Positions 26,207-39,320 of a DNA stretch of 64,000 bases are shown piece by piece. Both the position numbers and the translations under genes were made by a program. Below the pieces are notes generated by a model. That model ran no database searches and was not told the DNA's origin. It was given only the letters and a program-made list of their open reading frames with translations. Source of the stretch: Eledone cirrhosa. Taxonomy: Eukaryota. The stretch covers positions 357,554,001 to 357,618,000 of the forward strand of contig OZ024741.1 of the NCBI GenBank assembly GCA_964016885.1, given 5' to 3'. The first letter of the stretch is position 1. Each line of letters starts with the position of its first letter.

Positions 26207-28252
26207 GTAGTGTACATCAATTAAATTTTATTTATTTTAATCTTGTTTTAAATATAGTTAGATTTCTTCTATTAGTTTCATTTTTTTCTAATTGTTTTTT
26301 CTAGTGTTTTTGTTTTTCAGCCACTCTATTTTTTTTTCTTGTGAGCAGAAAATGTCAAATAGATTCAAAACAAAACATCCCACACTTTCAATGTATAACA
26401 ATTGATTTTATACAGAATTCAGTGTCTGTCACTAGATATCGTCTCGGTTGATTGTTTTCTTTTTTCTTTTCATTCATGGAAAGTAAACTGTTAAAATGAG
26501 GTATCGTAAAATAATACAAGAAAACATTCGGTAATTTGTTGCAGCAAATTTTGAATATCGAACTAAGAAAATTAGGAAAGAATTACGATCTATATACCTA
26601 AAAAAAATTGATTCGTATTTAAATAGCCAGGTTACATTATCTTTCAAGTTTATGCGGTAAGGAAAATTATTTTGTAAAGGAGACATGTAGTCATTTGTAT
26701 ATTTTACTATTTAAAGATAATCAAGTAAAAATCTGGAAAAAGTTATTTAATACATCCTTTATCGCACTGTCCTATGTTAAACATTTTGAGTTGCCGAAAA
26801 TTTATAATTTGATAATTTTCTTTTTACATTGAAGAACGTAATTAAAGCAACCAATCCTTTCTTTCACCAATTCCGCTTTTTAATCGATTTCTCCAGCCAA
26901 AACCGAGTAGCACCTAACATTTTCCTTATATTTCAACGCACCTATAGTGTATTTCTCTTATATTTACTAGCACTCTTCCCCTATAACCAGAACTTAATTA
27001 AACTGTGATTTTGAAGTGAATTTTCTTTTAAGTATTTCTAAAAAAATACCCTCACCCCATCCTCAACACGCACATACCTTTATTGTTTCTCTATAATGAA
27101 CATTTTATATATATATATCTGTATCCTTTGTATCAATAAAGGATATTTCTGTATTTCCCAAAAAGGATAAAAATGCTTCAAATAAAAAGGATCTAAAACG
27201 TATCTAAAAATTTGAAAGTATATTTTAAAATATTTAAGAGAAAGATTTATCTTTAACACAGAGAAATGTATGAACCTGATTTTGAGCTAGAAGTGAAGAA
27301 AACACCTTTTATTTGAAACCTAACAGTTGTATATTGAAACTATTCGAATTTTAATCAGAAATATATATTTTCACTCATCTCTATGATTCAAAGAATTGGA
27401 TCTTATCAGTAGTCTGAAAGCCAAGGTTTTGCTTCTCAACTAATCTTCCACTCCCCAAAGACAAGATTCATTTTATATATTTATTTATTTTTTTACTATA
27501 TTTATAGCTTCCCCCCTCATGATGATACATTTACATCATTCATTTCGTTTCCCTGTCCACACCATCTTCATCACCACCATGATCAAAATCAGTATCATTA
27601 AAAATTTCCTTCCATTCTTTGTTCATATTCCTAATTCCACTCATATCTTTTTTTCTCTTTTTTTATTAAACATTCTCTTGAATTTTTAATTTATTAATTT
27701 TTCTGTAAATCCTGTTTACTTATATAACATTTTTCCTTCATATATACTAGCTAGAGACCTCATACTTGCATGATGTCTGTTTTTGTTTCAAAGCAATATT
27801 GATTCTTGTCTTGTGCCAACATGATGCGTATTCAAAATAATGAATTGCACATAGAGGTAGTTTCTCTCTCGTGTGCTCTCTCTCTCTCTCACTCTCTCTT
27901 CCAAGCAATGCACCATTCTTTAGCTGTCTATCAGCCACCATTTTGCAGCCCTGCAAGTGCAGCTAAATTGCACTTCACCAATCTAACATGTTTATTATAT
28001 TCTTTTAGAATTAACATTAGTCTTTTCTACTGGAATAATCTACAATTAAGAATTGTAACCAACTGAAGAATTGAATAATCTATATTTGTTTACTATGTCT
28101 GTGTGAATGTGTATAATGAATAGTGTCTGTATGTGTGTGCGCGCATGTATGTGCTTGGAAATTGCAGAATTGTAAGTTGACAAGATCCATCTCCTGATTT
28201 TCACACACATACATACATACATACACACACACTAATATATATATATATATAT

Positions 28253-28449
28253 AACAAAGGAATTGTGGTAAGGAACCAGATGGACCCTAACGCACCAGAG
28301 TACTCAATACTTGGGGTAGTAGAGTGGGAAATAGGAAAAAGTATGACCCCGACGGCAAAGCTCAAGCCGTTTCGACGGCTATTTCTGGACTCCAGAAATA
28401 GCCGTCGAAACGGCTTGAGCTCTGCCGTCGGGGTCATACTTTTTCCTAT
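28253..28449. mobile_element. Fold-back PLE-derived element C2
   Basis: Arms 28331-28389 and 28391-28449 (one mismatch, 1-nt loop); tail 28253-28330; (TA)n both sides; only the GAAAC half of a hammerhead would be retained. Confidence 0.85.
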
Positions 28450-30546
28450 ATATATATATAAAGCTTAAAATACTGTAAGGTCATGGGGAGATTAAAGGAA
28501 AATGATTTTTTTTCTTGGCATGTCACAACTGTTTTATTTTTCTTTGGTAGAGAAATGTCTTTCATCAGAAGACATCTATTTCAATAACTTAACATGATTG
28601 TTTAATCCCCTACCCCGCCGCTCTTCCGTATTTTCCAGCTGCTGTCTTAAAAATCTCTCATTATTTATATATTGGCTTAAGGAGAAGTAGCCAGAAAGAC
28701 TTTTGGCTGTTTTAATCCTTTGTTGTATGAGTAATTTGAAATGTTACAGTTTGCAAATGTTAGATTTGCAAGAGTTATTAATATGGTTCATTAATCTACA
28801 TATTTCCGAATATTAAATAGATACTCCAGTGTTTATTAATAAACCAACTTACAACTATTTTAGTTAGGACTCTATTTAACCCAATCAGTCATACATAGCA
28901 GTGTGGGTGAATTTAGCTGAATATAAAGTTAATTTCTTGCTACCTAGAGAAGCTTCAAATGGAATTATGTATAATGTAAGTCTTAAGTTCACTTGTATTC
29001 AGTAGGCTAGAGGTTTGAAACTCATTTCCTGTTGGTTGAATGCTAGATAGGAAATGGGGATAGGCAGAGTTCCACATAGTAGTAGCTGTGTTATAGGTGA
29101 AATAGTGGGCTTGTGAGTTAATTGAAGGGGTTTAACTGAGAGATGAGGAAGATGGGATTTTAACTGTTTGGTGTGGTAGGAACTATTTAGTATAAAATGT
29201 GGATTGAATTTGAAAGCCTTATAATATGCAGGGTCTTTATTTTAGTAGAGGAGAAAATAATTCTGACATGAGCTTGTTTAATAATTCTGACATGAGCTTG
29301 GTTTAAAAAAATGAAACGTTGGTTTTAATTCACATAATGCATACAAATAAACACTATAATATATGTATGTATGTATATATATATAAAGAGAAAAAAGGTG
29401 GGAGAAGACACCACAATCAATCACATCACATGCTTCAAGGGTGCTGGAGTTTCCCCTTAATATTTTTTTTGTATCATTGTAAGACTATTCTATTTAGTAG
29501 ACAGATCTATAGAACATAATGTTATAGATATTTATTTACAGAGTTAGAGGTTTAGACAATTTGAAATGCAGGGTTGGGCTCTATAATTTGAAGGCTTAAC
29601 TTTAATTCTTTTGTGACTGAATTTCTAACAAGAATATAAATATACAGCTTTTGTTTTAATTATGAAAGTAATCAAGAATTATGAAAGGTTTAGTGAAATA
29701 ACTAATTTTCAATTTAACACCTTTGTAACTATATTTCTAATGAAACACACGGTATTTGATTAAATTAATGAAGAATTTGGATGAGTTTGTTAAAATGATT
29801 ATTTATTTCATTATTAAGATGGTATTTTTAATACAACTTTTCAAAAGATTCTTATATCAAATTATGTCAGAAAATTTTACTTGAATTTGTTTCATAGTAC
29901 CAGAAGCTGTTTTAGACTGATTGGTATCAAGAGGGTTAATAATAAAAGACAAAAATTTAATTACTGAAATCTAATATTATCTATTGTGTATAAATGAAAC
30001 TTAAGTTCAAGATTTGAATTTAAACTCTAACACTTTAATATTGATGGTTTCAGGCATGTTGGTTTTTAGAGGGAATCTAAATTTAGTATAAATTTTTGGA
30101 AGCGAATAGTTATTTGATACATATGATTTTTATATTTTCTTTCAGTATTGATTAGCAGAAAATATTGTAAATAATTTCATTGGTGCATATATAGTGCAAT
30201 TTGATTGTACTGGTAGCTATTTATAGTAAGAAAGTTTTTTTAAATATTCATTATTGTGAAACATGTTTTTTTAAATTTTATTCATTATTACCATAGTTTA
30301 CAACATTACTTTTATAAATTTGTGTATCTGCATGGATTTTTTTAAAATGTTCATCTTTAACCATTTTGTTACAATATTTCTAATGAAAGACATTCTTTAT
30401 TTTCAAATCGTTTAAAAAACCAACAACAAAACAATGAATTTGGAGAGATTTAGTAACACAACTAACTTTCTCATTATCAAATTGGTATTAGGAAAAATAA
30501 CTAAACAGAAGTTTTTGCATAAAATTATGATGAAAGGTTTTTTAGA

Positions 30547-30718
30547 TAGACTTGGTAAACTACATTACTTGCTAAAGAGGCTAACTTAAGATGATGAGTG
30601 TAGGAAATTTAAAATAAACAGTTGTATAATATGAGAAGCCAGGGACAGTTGGTATCAAAATTTGGATACCTTCCTTCTGTCAGCCTCTTTAGCAAGTAAT
30701 GCACTTTACCTTAGTCTA
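30547..30718. mobile_element. Small MITE with ~35-40 bp terminal inverted repeats
   Basis: GGTAAACTACATTACTTGCTAAAGAGGCTAAC versus GTCAGCCTCTTTAGCAAGTAATGCACTTTACC. Confidence 0.6.
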
Positions 30719-32857
30719 CATAGGGTTTGTCAAGCCCCTGAAGGAGTCTATGTTCACTCAACCTACTAGGAATAGCAGCCAAATATCCCTTAACCATTTT
30801 GATACAAAACTGGCACTGCTTCTATGATAGAAAACTATTTTAAAGTGTTAATATTTATCTAAATACCTTTAATCATAATTTTATGTACTAACCTTTATGT
30901 TCCATAAATAATGGAAAGTTAGTTATATTATTAAAAGCCTTAGAAAAATCTATATTGGATCATGTGGTTCAAGGTTCACCTGGTAGCTGTTACTATATGC
31001 TAGTCCTATATATAAAAAAAAAAGATGGGATGGTCTTGGCTGGCTGTCTGGAATGTGCTTGACTGTGTGTGTCCATGTCCTATCAGTGGTAATTTAGAGC
31101 TAAACAACACAAAGCTTTACATGTACCACACTAACAATTCGTTCATGTTCCTAATATATTGTATAACACCTTAGTTATATACTTGCATTATTCTCATAGT
31201 TATTTCTGTGTATATCTAATTTAGCATAGATACACCTTATTATTCCTGCTAGTCGTAAAAGGTGACTAAAAGGACCAATGTCAGGAAAGGTATCTGGCCA
31301 TAAAAGTTTGCCTAAAAAATGATGCCATGATGAGTATAATTAAGCCTGTCATGGGGTTTTAGCAGGGAAAATGGACTGAAAAACGTATGTTGTACTATTC
31401 TTACAGTTAATTATTATTTTGTAGGATCACCTTTCAGCAACTTCCTATCCTTAGTCATATCCTAATCATAAATACATACTTTAGGTTTTCCTTTTCCTAT
31501 CTCCATTCATTTATCATTTACAAATATGCAAAAATAAATAAATAAAAAATATTTTTCCTACCGTCATATATTTTTACGTTCAGTAAAACTTTTTTTCTAT
31601 ATTAATTTTTTTTTTTAAAGTGCTTATCTTTATCTAAAAACCTTCCATCAAATTTAATAAAATGAGAGTCACTATTCTGCCAAATTCTTTATTATTTTCA
31701 AAATTATTTCAGAATCATAGGTTGTATACTTCATTAGAATATTGCAACAAAATAGTTAAAGCGCCCAGTTGACTATCTTAGGAAGTACATCCAACTGTAA
31801 AAACCATGCTAAAACTTTTGTAGTTAAACTATGAGCCCTCAGCCTGTCTAGAATAATTAAATTTTTACCTTGTCTGAACAACCTGTGCAACCCATGTACA
31901 GATGATGATATACAATTTGTATGTGAATTTATCATTTTATCACTTAAAAATTCATTCTTCATACCTGATAACTTGGAGGACCAAAAATTTCATTCTCCAA
32001 GCTTTGGATTCCCAATAACTTTAACTATGTCAAAGACATGACAACTCCCCTAGGGCTAGTCCCATGGTATAATGAACTTTGTAGAGTGTGGGAATGTTTG
32101 TAAGTGAGATGCAGGGCCCCCTGCCCATCTAAGAGGTCAGTAGCTCTGCTTCAGTACTGACTTGGTTTGTGACGACCCCTTCAACCCATGCTAGCAGAGA
32201 GGATGGATGTTAAATGATGATGATTTTTTTTTCCATACTTACACATATTGGGTGTTAAACAATTGCTGGTATTCAGTTTCAGTGAACTGGCACAACATAA
32301 AATGAAGTGCTTTTCCCAAGGACAACACATCACCCAGTCTAGAAATTGAATCTATGACCTTATGATCACGAGCCCAACATCCAAACCACTTCTTTTAAGG
32401 TATATATTGATTCATGGTTTAAATATTTTTGATCATAGATCTCCTCCAGCAGAACTGAACCTGAACAACAATGACAATAACTAGTCTTAAGGAAATCTAT
32501 CCTTTCTTATTCATCAAACAATGGCTTTTTTTTTTTTATAGATTGAATATCCTGTTCTGTTACATTTTGTCAGTGCATTTATCAAATTAGATATGTTAGC
32601 AATACATTATCCTTCTATGTTTCTTGTGCATTATCTGTGCTGGTTGTGCTATCTGTATAGTCCAAAGTTCTTTCTTGCTGTTCTTTTTTTATCCTCTGAG
32701 CTAGGTCTATCTGTTGTTTAGTTGTACAAGCCAACAGTTTTTTAGTGTTTAGTTTAAACCTTTGATATCAAAGTGCTAGAAACCACTCCTAGCTCCACAG
32801 TACAAAACTATATTTTGAAGGGTTTATATTTATCATCTAAAAACCTTTCATTATATC

Positions 32858-33220
32858 GGTAAAGAGTTGGACGCCATGCTTTCTAGCATAGTTACGTCCC
32901 TTTACAGTTTGAGTTCAAATCCCGTCGAGGTTAACTTTGCCTTTCATCCTTACGGGGTCGATAAAATAAAGTACCAGTAATGTACTGGGTAATTGCTGGC
33001 CTTGTGTCAAAAGTAGAAACGATTATAATTTTATGTTAGAGGGCGGGGGATTGGCAGTATCGGTAGAAGGTCAGACGCCATGCTTTGCAGCATAGAGTTA
33101 CGCTCCTTTACGGACTGAGTTCAAATCCCTCCGAGGTTAATTTTGCCTTTCATCCTTACGGGGTCGATAAAATAAAGTACTAAGTAATTGCTGGCCTTGT
33201 GCCAAAAGTAGAAACAATTA
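32858..33220 (+). mobile_element. Two tandem S1 SINEs
   Basis: Two head-to-tail copies, each followed by TTATAATTTTATGTTAG. Confidence 0.8.
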
Positions 33221-33742
33221 TAATTTTATGTTAGAATCTTTGTTAAGCCTTTGATATTCCTTCCCCAATGATCTCTGTTTCTGAAATAAAAAAAAAACCC
33301 ACCCATTTTAAAGGGTTCCAATTTAAATTATCGACGGACATTTTGTTACATTACAAATGCTGTCTTAATGAAACCATAATTTTTGTAAATCCCTCAAATT
33401 CTTCATTAAATAATTCAAATACCATGTATTTAATTAGAAATATTGTAATGAAAGAGTTAATCCTCATCTACTTCCTCATAATATTTTCATTGATGTGTGT
33501 TTAACCACAGGTCATCTCCCATTAAGCACTCCTATGAGCTGTGAGCATCCTGTCTCTTCAGACCTTTAGTTTTAACTCTTTTGATACCAACCCTCTTAAA
33601 CTTGTCACTGGGTCTATGAAACAAAACCATCTATTTTTCTAAGGGATCATATTTAAATTTAAATCTTCCAACATAATTTGCTGTGAGAACTTTTTTTTTT
33701 TTTTTTATTTTTTTTATTTTTTTTTTTATTTGTTCTAAATAA

Positions 33743-34262
33743 GTTGATCACAGCAATGTAGTTGATCAGTTGTTTGAGTAAAGAGTTAGATAGAACAATG
33801 TTGATCTATTGTGTTAGTAAAGATTCGAAAAAGCAATGTAGTTGACTAGTTGTGTGATACTCATAACTTATCTTTCTTAGCCTGTTTTAAGGACCACTAA
33901 TTCTCTTTTGTTATAAATGTTGTTGATCACAGCAATGTAGTTGATCAGTTGTTTGAGTGAAGAGTTAGATAGAACAATGTTGATCTATTGTGTTAGTAAA
34001 GATTCGAAAAAGCAATGTAGTTGACTAGTTGTGTGATACTCATAACTTATCTTTCTTAGCCTGTTTTAAGGACCACTAATTCTCTTTTGTTATAAATGTT
34101 GTTGATCACAGCAATGTAGTTGATCAGTTGTTTGAGTGAAGAGTTAGATAGAACAATGTTGATCTATTGTGTTAGTAAAGATTCGAAAGAGCAATGTAGT
34201 TGACCAGCTGTGTGATACTCATAACTTATCTTTCTGACCCTGTTTTAAGGACCACTAGTTTT
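33743..34262. repeat. 179-bp tandem repeat, about 2.9 copies
   Basis: GTTGATCACAGCAATGTAG recurs at 33743, 33922 and 34101; near-identical units. Confidence 0.95.
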
Positions 34263-35008
34263 CTATGCATCCACACTATAGCTTCGTTTATCAAAAGCCT
34301 TAGTTTAGAAGAATTAGGGCAAAGATATTGTTGTTCCTGGATAACTATTTTGCTTTGGAATTTGACATTTCTCACCTAATTCAATTAAAAAATATTTATG
34401 ACATCTTAATTCTGTCTTCTTGTAACCCTTCTTTCTCTCACACTCCCTTTCCTGCTTTTTCTTTTCTTTTTTCTTATTGTCATAGTTTTTCTTCTTTTCC
34501 TTCTTCCCCCTTTCTTTCATCTTCATCCTCTACCAATTATTATCATCTAGTCTATTATTTCCCTTAATGCTATCATCTTTGCAAAGTTTTTTTTTTCACT
34601 TTAAATAATGTTTTAACCATACGTACCGTACCGTTCAACATCATTTTAACTAAACTATCTCTCTCTCCCTCTCTCTCATTAATCTCCCACACAATAGAGT
34701 TCTCCTGATGCAGTCAGATGAGTATCTTGCCTCCAAAAACGATTCCATTAGACCAATTGTTCTTTTGTTATTGTTATAGTATTCATCATTGTCAGCATCT
34801 TCATCATAATCAGTATCATCATCACCATCATCGTTATCAACATCATTATTGTTATTGTCAACAACTTCATCGTCGTCATCATCATCATTATTTTCATCTC
34901 ATAAGACAGTGGGTTTGGTCTCAGTTGATAACAATCTATCTAACCTATTGAGTTTAGTATCTAACAGTTCTGGCTTGCATTCTTGATTCGGGAAATAGAT
35001 GGTAAAAT

Positions 35009-35041
<33 letters not shown>

Positions 35042-36167
35042 CTGAAACATTTTTATTTCATGTTAGCATCAGACTGGCCTTTGTAAAATTGGATGTTTTT
35101 ATATTAGTAGATTAGTGTGTTAATACAGAATTTTATTTTCTATTAATCAATAAATTGTGGAGTAGATGGTTATACTTGTCAGCTGAGCAGACTAAAGCAA
35201 GAAAAGAAATGTCTTGTGTAACTCCTTTGTTATATTTCTAATGAAATACACTGCCTATGATTTTCAAGAATTTTGGGACGATTTAGTCATACAACTAATT
35301 TTTTCATTATTAACAAAGGTTCTTACAAGTTATAGTAGAAGGATTTTAGATAAACATAACCATTTTAAAAGTAGAACCATGGACAGTATGGTACAAAAAA
35401 GGGTTAAGGGTGTCGCACAATTTACAAAATTGACTTAGTGCTTTATAATTAAAAAAACCCAAGTTAATAAGGGAATCTTTACTGAGTTGCTCACTTGCTA
35501 GAAATAGCAGTCAATCTCTTCAAATTCCAGTCTATCATCTTAAAAACAAGCTGGATAAAACTGTCACTCTGATGCAACAAGGTATCTGGGTTTGAGGATT
35601 CCTTTCTCTCTGAGGTCCTAAAAGGAGTCAGGGACAGCCCTTCTCCCTGACTAAACAGTGGGGAAAAAGCCCCCTCAACAAACAATTGGGATCTAGTCCC
35701 TGGTGTTCTTCCCACACCCCTGTTATTTCCTGCAGCTGTTGAAGCTGAATAGCAATTAACTCAACTTCACCAGTCAAAGGTCACTGACATTGTCCCTCTT
35801 CATCTAACATACAAAAAAGTAACATGAGAAAAATATAGGATAGTCACAGTTGGAATGCCTTTGATCATATGTGCATACATTGTCAGGACTGATTTATGGG
35901 CCAAACAATAATAATCATTATTTTCATATTGTATTATCTAATGTTTTATTATAGAATTAGATGAGTTAGAAGTAGAGAATGTAAGACAGTGTTACCATAT
36001 CAACTCTGCAGAGGTGTGGTAAATGTTTCAAAGTGTGTAATAGGAAGGAAGGCATTTTTGTTTTTTTTTTAATGAGAGAATACCCTTCCTTAATAGTGAG
36101 TAAAATAATTGGTATTTTTCTGAGCTTTTTTAAATTTTATTTTCAATTTAGTCTTTGTTCACAGCTT

Positions 36168-36620
36168 AGCATCTTCACTTCCTGGATAGATTCCAGACCA
36201 GACTTGCTTCAGGTTATCAATGTATGTGACATGATGTCCACTACATTTCTCTGTCCATCTAACTATCATTGCCATCTTCGGTTCCTGGATAGATTCCAAG
36301 CCAGTATCTTGCTTCTGGTTGTCAATATATGTGACATGACATCCACCACAGTTCTTTGTCCACCATTGCCATCTTCAGTTCCTGGATACATTTCAAGCTA
36401 GTATCTTGCTTCAGGTTGTCAATATATGTGACATGCCACCCACTATACTTTCTCATTCCATGCCATGGATCCCAGCTTTTACACTTTTTCTCTTGTTGAT
36501 GTCGAGCAAAATATTCTGATTGATGTAGTCAGTGTTCACTGATCTTCTCACTTGCTTTTGGGAAGTTTACATGCAAGAATCTGTCAAGTGCTGCTGCTAC
36601 TTTACATCAAGGGTCATGTA
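36168..36620 (-). mobile_element. LINE ORF2 3' end with its terminal ~100 bp triplicated
   Basis: Minus strand gives WDPWHGMR...HVTYIDNLKQDT.L..IQELKMAM; the last unit repeats three times (36168-36450). Confidence 0.65.
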
Positions 36621-36779
36621 TATGTTGTTAAAACTCAATCGTGTAGGTTTAGCGAGCCACTTATGAGGTTGAATCTCATAGCTGGTTTCTTGGGTGTTTA
36701 AATTGTAGATGGTTCCAGTCCTAAACTGTATAACTGAATGGTTGAAAAGGGGTAAAAGAAAAGAAAAAATATTATTAAT

Positions 36780-37792
36780 GGTTTCTAATTTAGGCACAAG
36801 GCCAGCAATTTGGAGTAGAGGAGAGTCAGTTATATCAACATTGGTAATTGAGTGGTACTTTATTTTATCAACCTTTTGAAGGATCAAAGACGAAGTAACT
36901 TGGGATTTGAACTGAAATGTAAAAGACCATGACTAAATGCCATAAATGATTTTGCACAATGTTCTGATGGTTCTGTCAAATCAAAACCCTTATAATGATG
37001 ATAATGATAATGGTTTCTAATCTAGGAACAAGGCCTGCAATTTGTGGGGAGGGGTAAGCCACTTAAATAAACACCAGTACTTGACTGGTACTGTAGTTTT
37101 ATCCACCCCAGAAGGATAAAAGGCAAAGTTAACCTTGGCTGGATTAGGACTTAGATCGTAAAGAGCCAGAACAAATAACACAAAGGTATTTGTCTGACAC
37201 TCTACCAATTCTACTAATCCACTGCCCTTATAATAATGATGATGATAATAATTGTTTCTATTTTTGGCACAAGGCCAGCAATTATCCCAGTGCATTACTG
37301 GTGCTTTATTTTATCAACCCTGTAAGGATGAAAGGCAAAGTTAACCTCGGCAGGATTTGAACTCAGATTATAAAGGGCCGTAACTCTATGCTGCAAAGCA
37401 TGGTGTCCGACCCTCTACCGATTCTGCCAATCCACTAATAATGGTTTCTACTTTAGGCACAAGGCCAGCAATTTGAAGGGGAGAGGAAAATCGATTAAAT
37501 CGACCCCAGTGCATTACTGGTGCTTTATTTATCAACCTCTTAGGGATGAAAGACAAAGCTAACCTCGGCGTGATTTGAACTTGGGATGTAAAGGGCTATA
37601 ACTATGTCGTTAACCATGTTGTCTGACACTCTACCAATTCTGCCAATCCACTACCCTTTCTAATAATGATTTCTAGTATAGGCACAAGGCCAGTAATTTT
37701 GGGGTCAAAGGAAAGTCGATTGAATCAACGCCAGTATGTTCCTGGTACTTTATTTTATCAACTCCGTAAGGATGAATGGCAAAGTTAACTTT
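36780..37792 (-). mobile_element. Head-to-tail stack of five S1 SINE copies
   Basis: Units start near 36781, 37012, 37253, 37443 and 37668 with GTTTCTA-like/GGCACAAGGCCAG motifs, separated by (TAA)n/(GAT)n linkers. Confidence 0.85.
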
Positions 37793-39135
37793 CTAATAAT
37801 AATAAGTAGTGATCAAAATTGTAAACTACTGATCAAAATTGATTAAAAACAAATATGAAGAGTGGCTAAATTGATAATATATTGGCTTCAGAACTCTTCA
37901 GTTTTGAGTTCATATCTTGCTGTAGATTTTTTACTTGTTTTGTCTGAACAAAACTTATTTTATATGCTCTGGCATATGTAGTTAAAGAACAAGTACCAAG
38001 TCATCGTCATCATACTAATTTAATTCCACTTTTCTCGCTAGCAAATGCTGAATGGATTGTCAACAGACTGGGTCAGCACTCAAGCTGATCTACAGACCCA
38101 CTGGAGGCCTACATCTCACTTTCATACTTAGTGCTCAGATGGACCAGCAGCCCACAACTGTGCTCTACTGAGTGCATTTTATTGTGACACCAGCCTCTAG
38201 GAAGATTATCATGTCTTTGACACAGCTGGAGAGTCCTTCTGCTGCTTTGTTTGGCAGGTTTTCCATGGCTGGATGTCCTTCATATCACCAACTATTTTAC
38301 AGGCTGTATTGGGTGCATTTACCATGTAAATCACCAACACTCGGGTGGATGTCATTGTTTATGATTTGACAAGCAACTTATCAAACAGATTTGTAGAAAT
38401 ATTTACTTTTTAACCCTTTCAATACCAAACTATATGAAACTGCCCCTGGTTCTGTGACTCAAAACTTTGTTTTAAAGTGTTTATATTTACCTAAAAAAAA
38501 AACTTCTTTCATAATTTTATGTATCGACCCCGTAAGGATGAAAGGCAAAGTTGACCTCGGCGGGATTTGAACTCAGAATGGAATGGGCCGTAACTATGCG
38601 TCAAAGCATGACGCCCGACCCTCTACCGATACTGCCAATCCATCTCAAAATAATATCAAATTCTATATTTACTTTATTGTTTTCAGTTTTGTACCAATGT
38701 GTCCTGGGTTCAAATTCTACTAAGGCTGGTTTTACCTTTCATTCTACTAATAGTGAGAAAATAAGCAGTATACATGTACTGGGCTTGATTCAATGTTTTA
38801 GGCCTATCCTATATTTCATAGATGTTTGCATCAACTATTTCCCAGCTGCATTCAGTCATCAAAGCCAACTTTGGACTAGGTTGGTGATCCATGTAAGCCA
38901 TAAACTGAGCATACATTTATCCCATCCTGTTGCATGGACTGCAAGGCAAGGCCAACGAGAGTGGTGAACTTGCACAAGCTTGAAGTATTTGCCCATCTTT
39001 GCTTTTGCCAGATCCTTTTTGGATTAATATAGTTAAATTGGATCTTGAATCAATCAATATCTGGTCCACATATACTCCTCTTGGATATCTATGATAGCTG
39101 AGTGAGACTGGATTCTGTTCATTATTCTGTGGATC

Positions 39136-39320
39136 GGTGGATTGGCAGTATCGGTAGAGAGTCGGACGCCATGCTTTCCAGCATAGTTACGTCCCTTTAC
39201 AATCTGAGTTCAAATCCCGCCGAGGTTGATTTTGCCTTTCATCCTTACGGGGTCGATAAAATAAAGTACCAGTAATGTACTGGGTATTTGCTGGCCTTGT
39301 GCCAAAAGTAGAAACAATTA
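39136..39320 (+). mobile_element. Young S1 SINE with apparent target-site duplication
   Basis: Intact head to tail; ATTATTCTGTGGAT occurs immediately before (39121) and after (39318). Confidence 0.85.

Noticed and set aside
29258-29300. 20-nt direct repeat ATAATTCTGACATGAGCTTG
   Set aside because: Ordinary local slippage duplication
33743-34262. CRISPR-like array (also 44211-44440 and 51997-52458)
   Set aside because: Eukaryotic context, no cas genes, and the 'spacers' are themselves repeated
34718-34951. His-rich ORF
   Set aside because: Translation of a degenerate (CAT)n microsatellite
39136-39225. tRNA genes
   Set aside because: A/B-box heads belong to SINEs and continue into SINE body and tail; no complete cloverleaf seen
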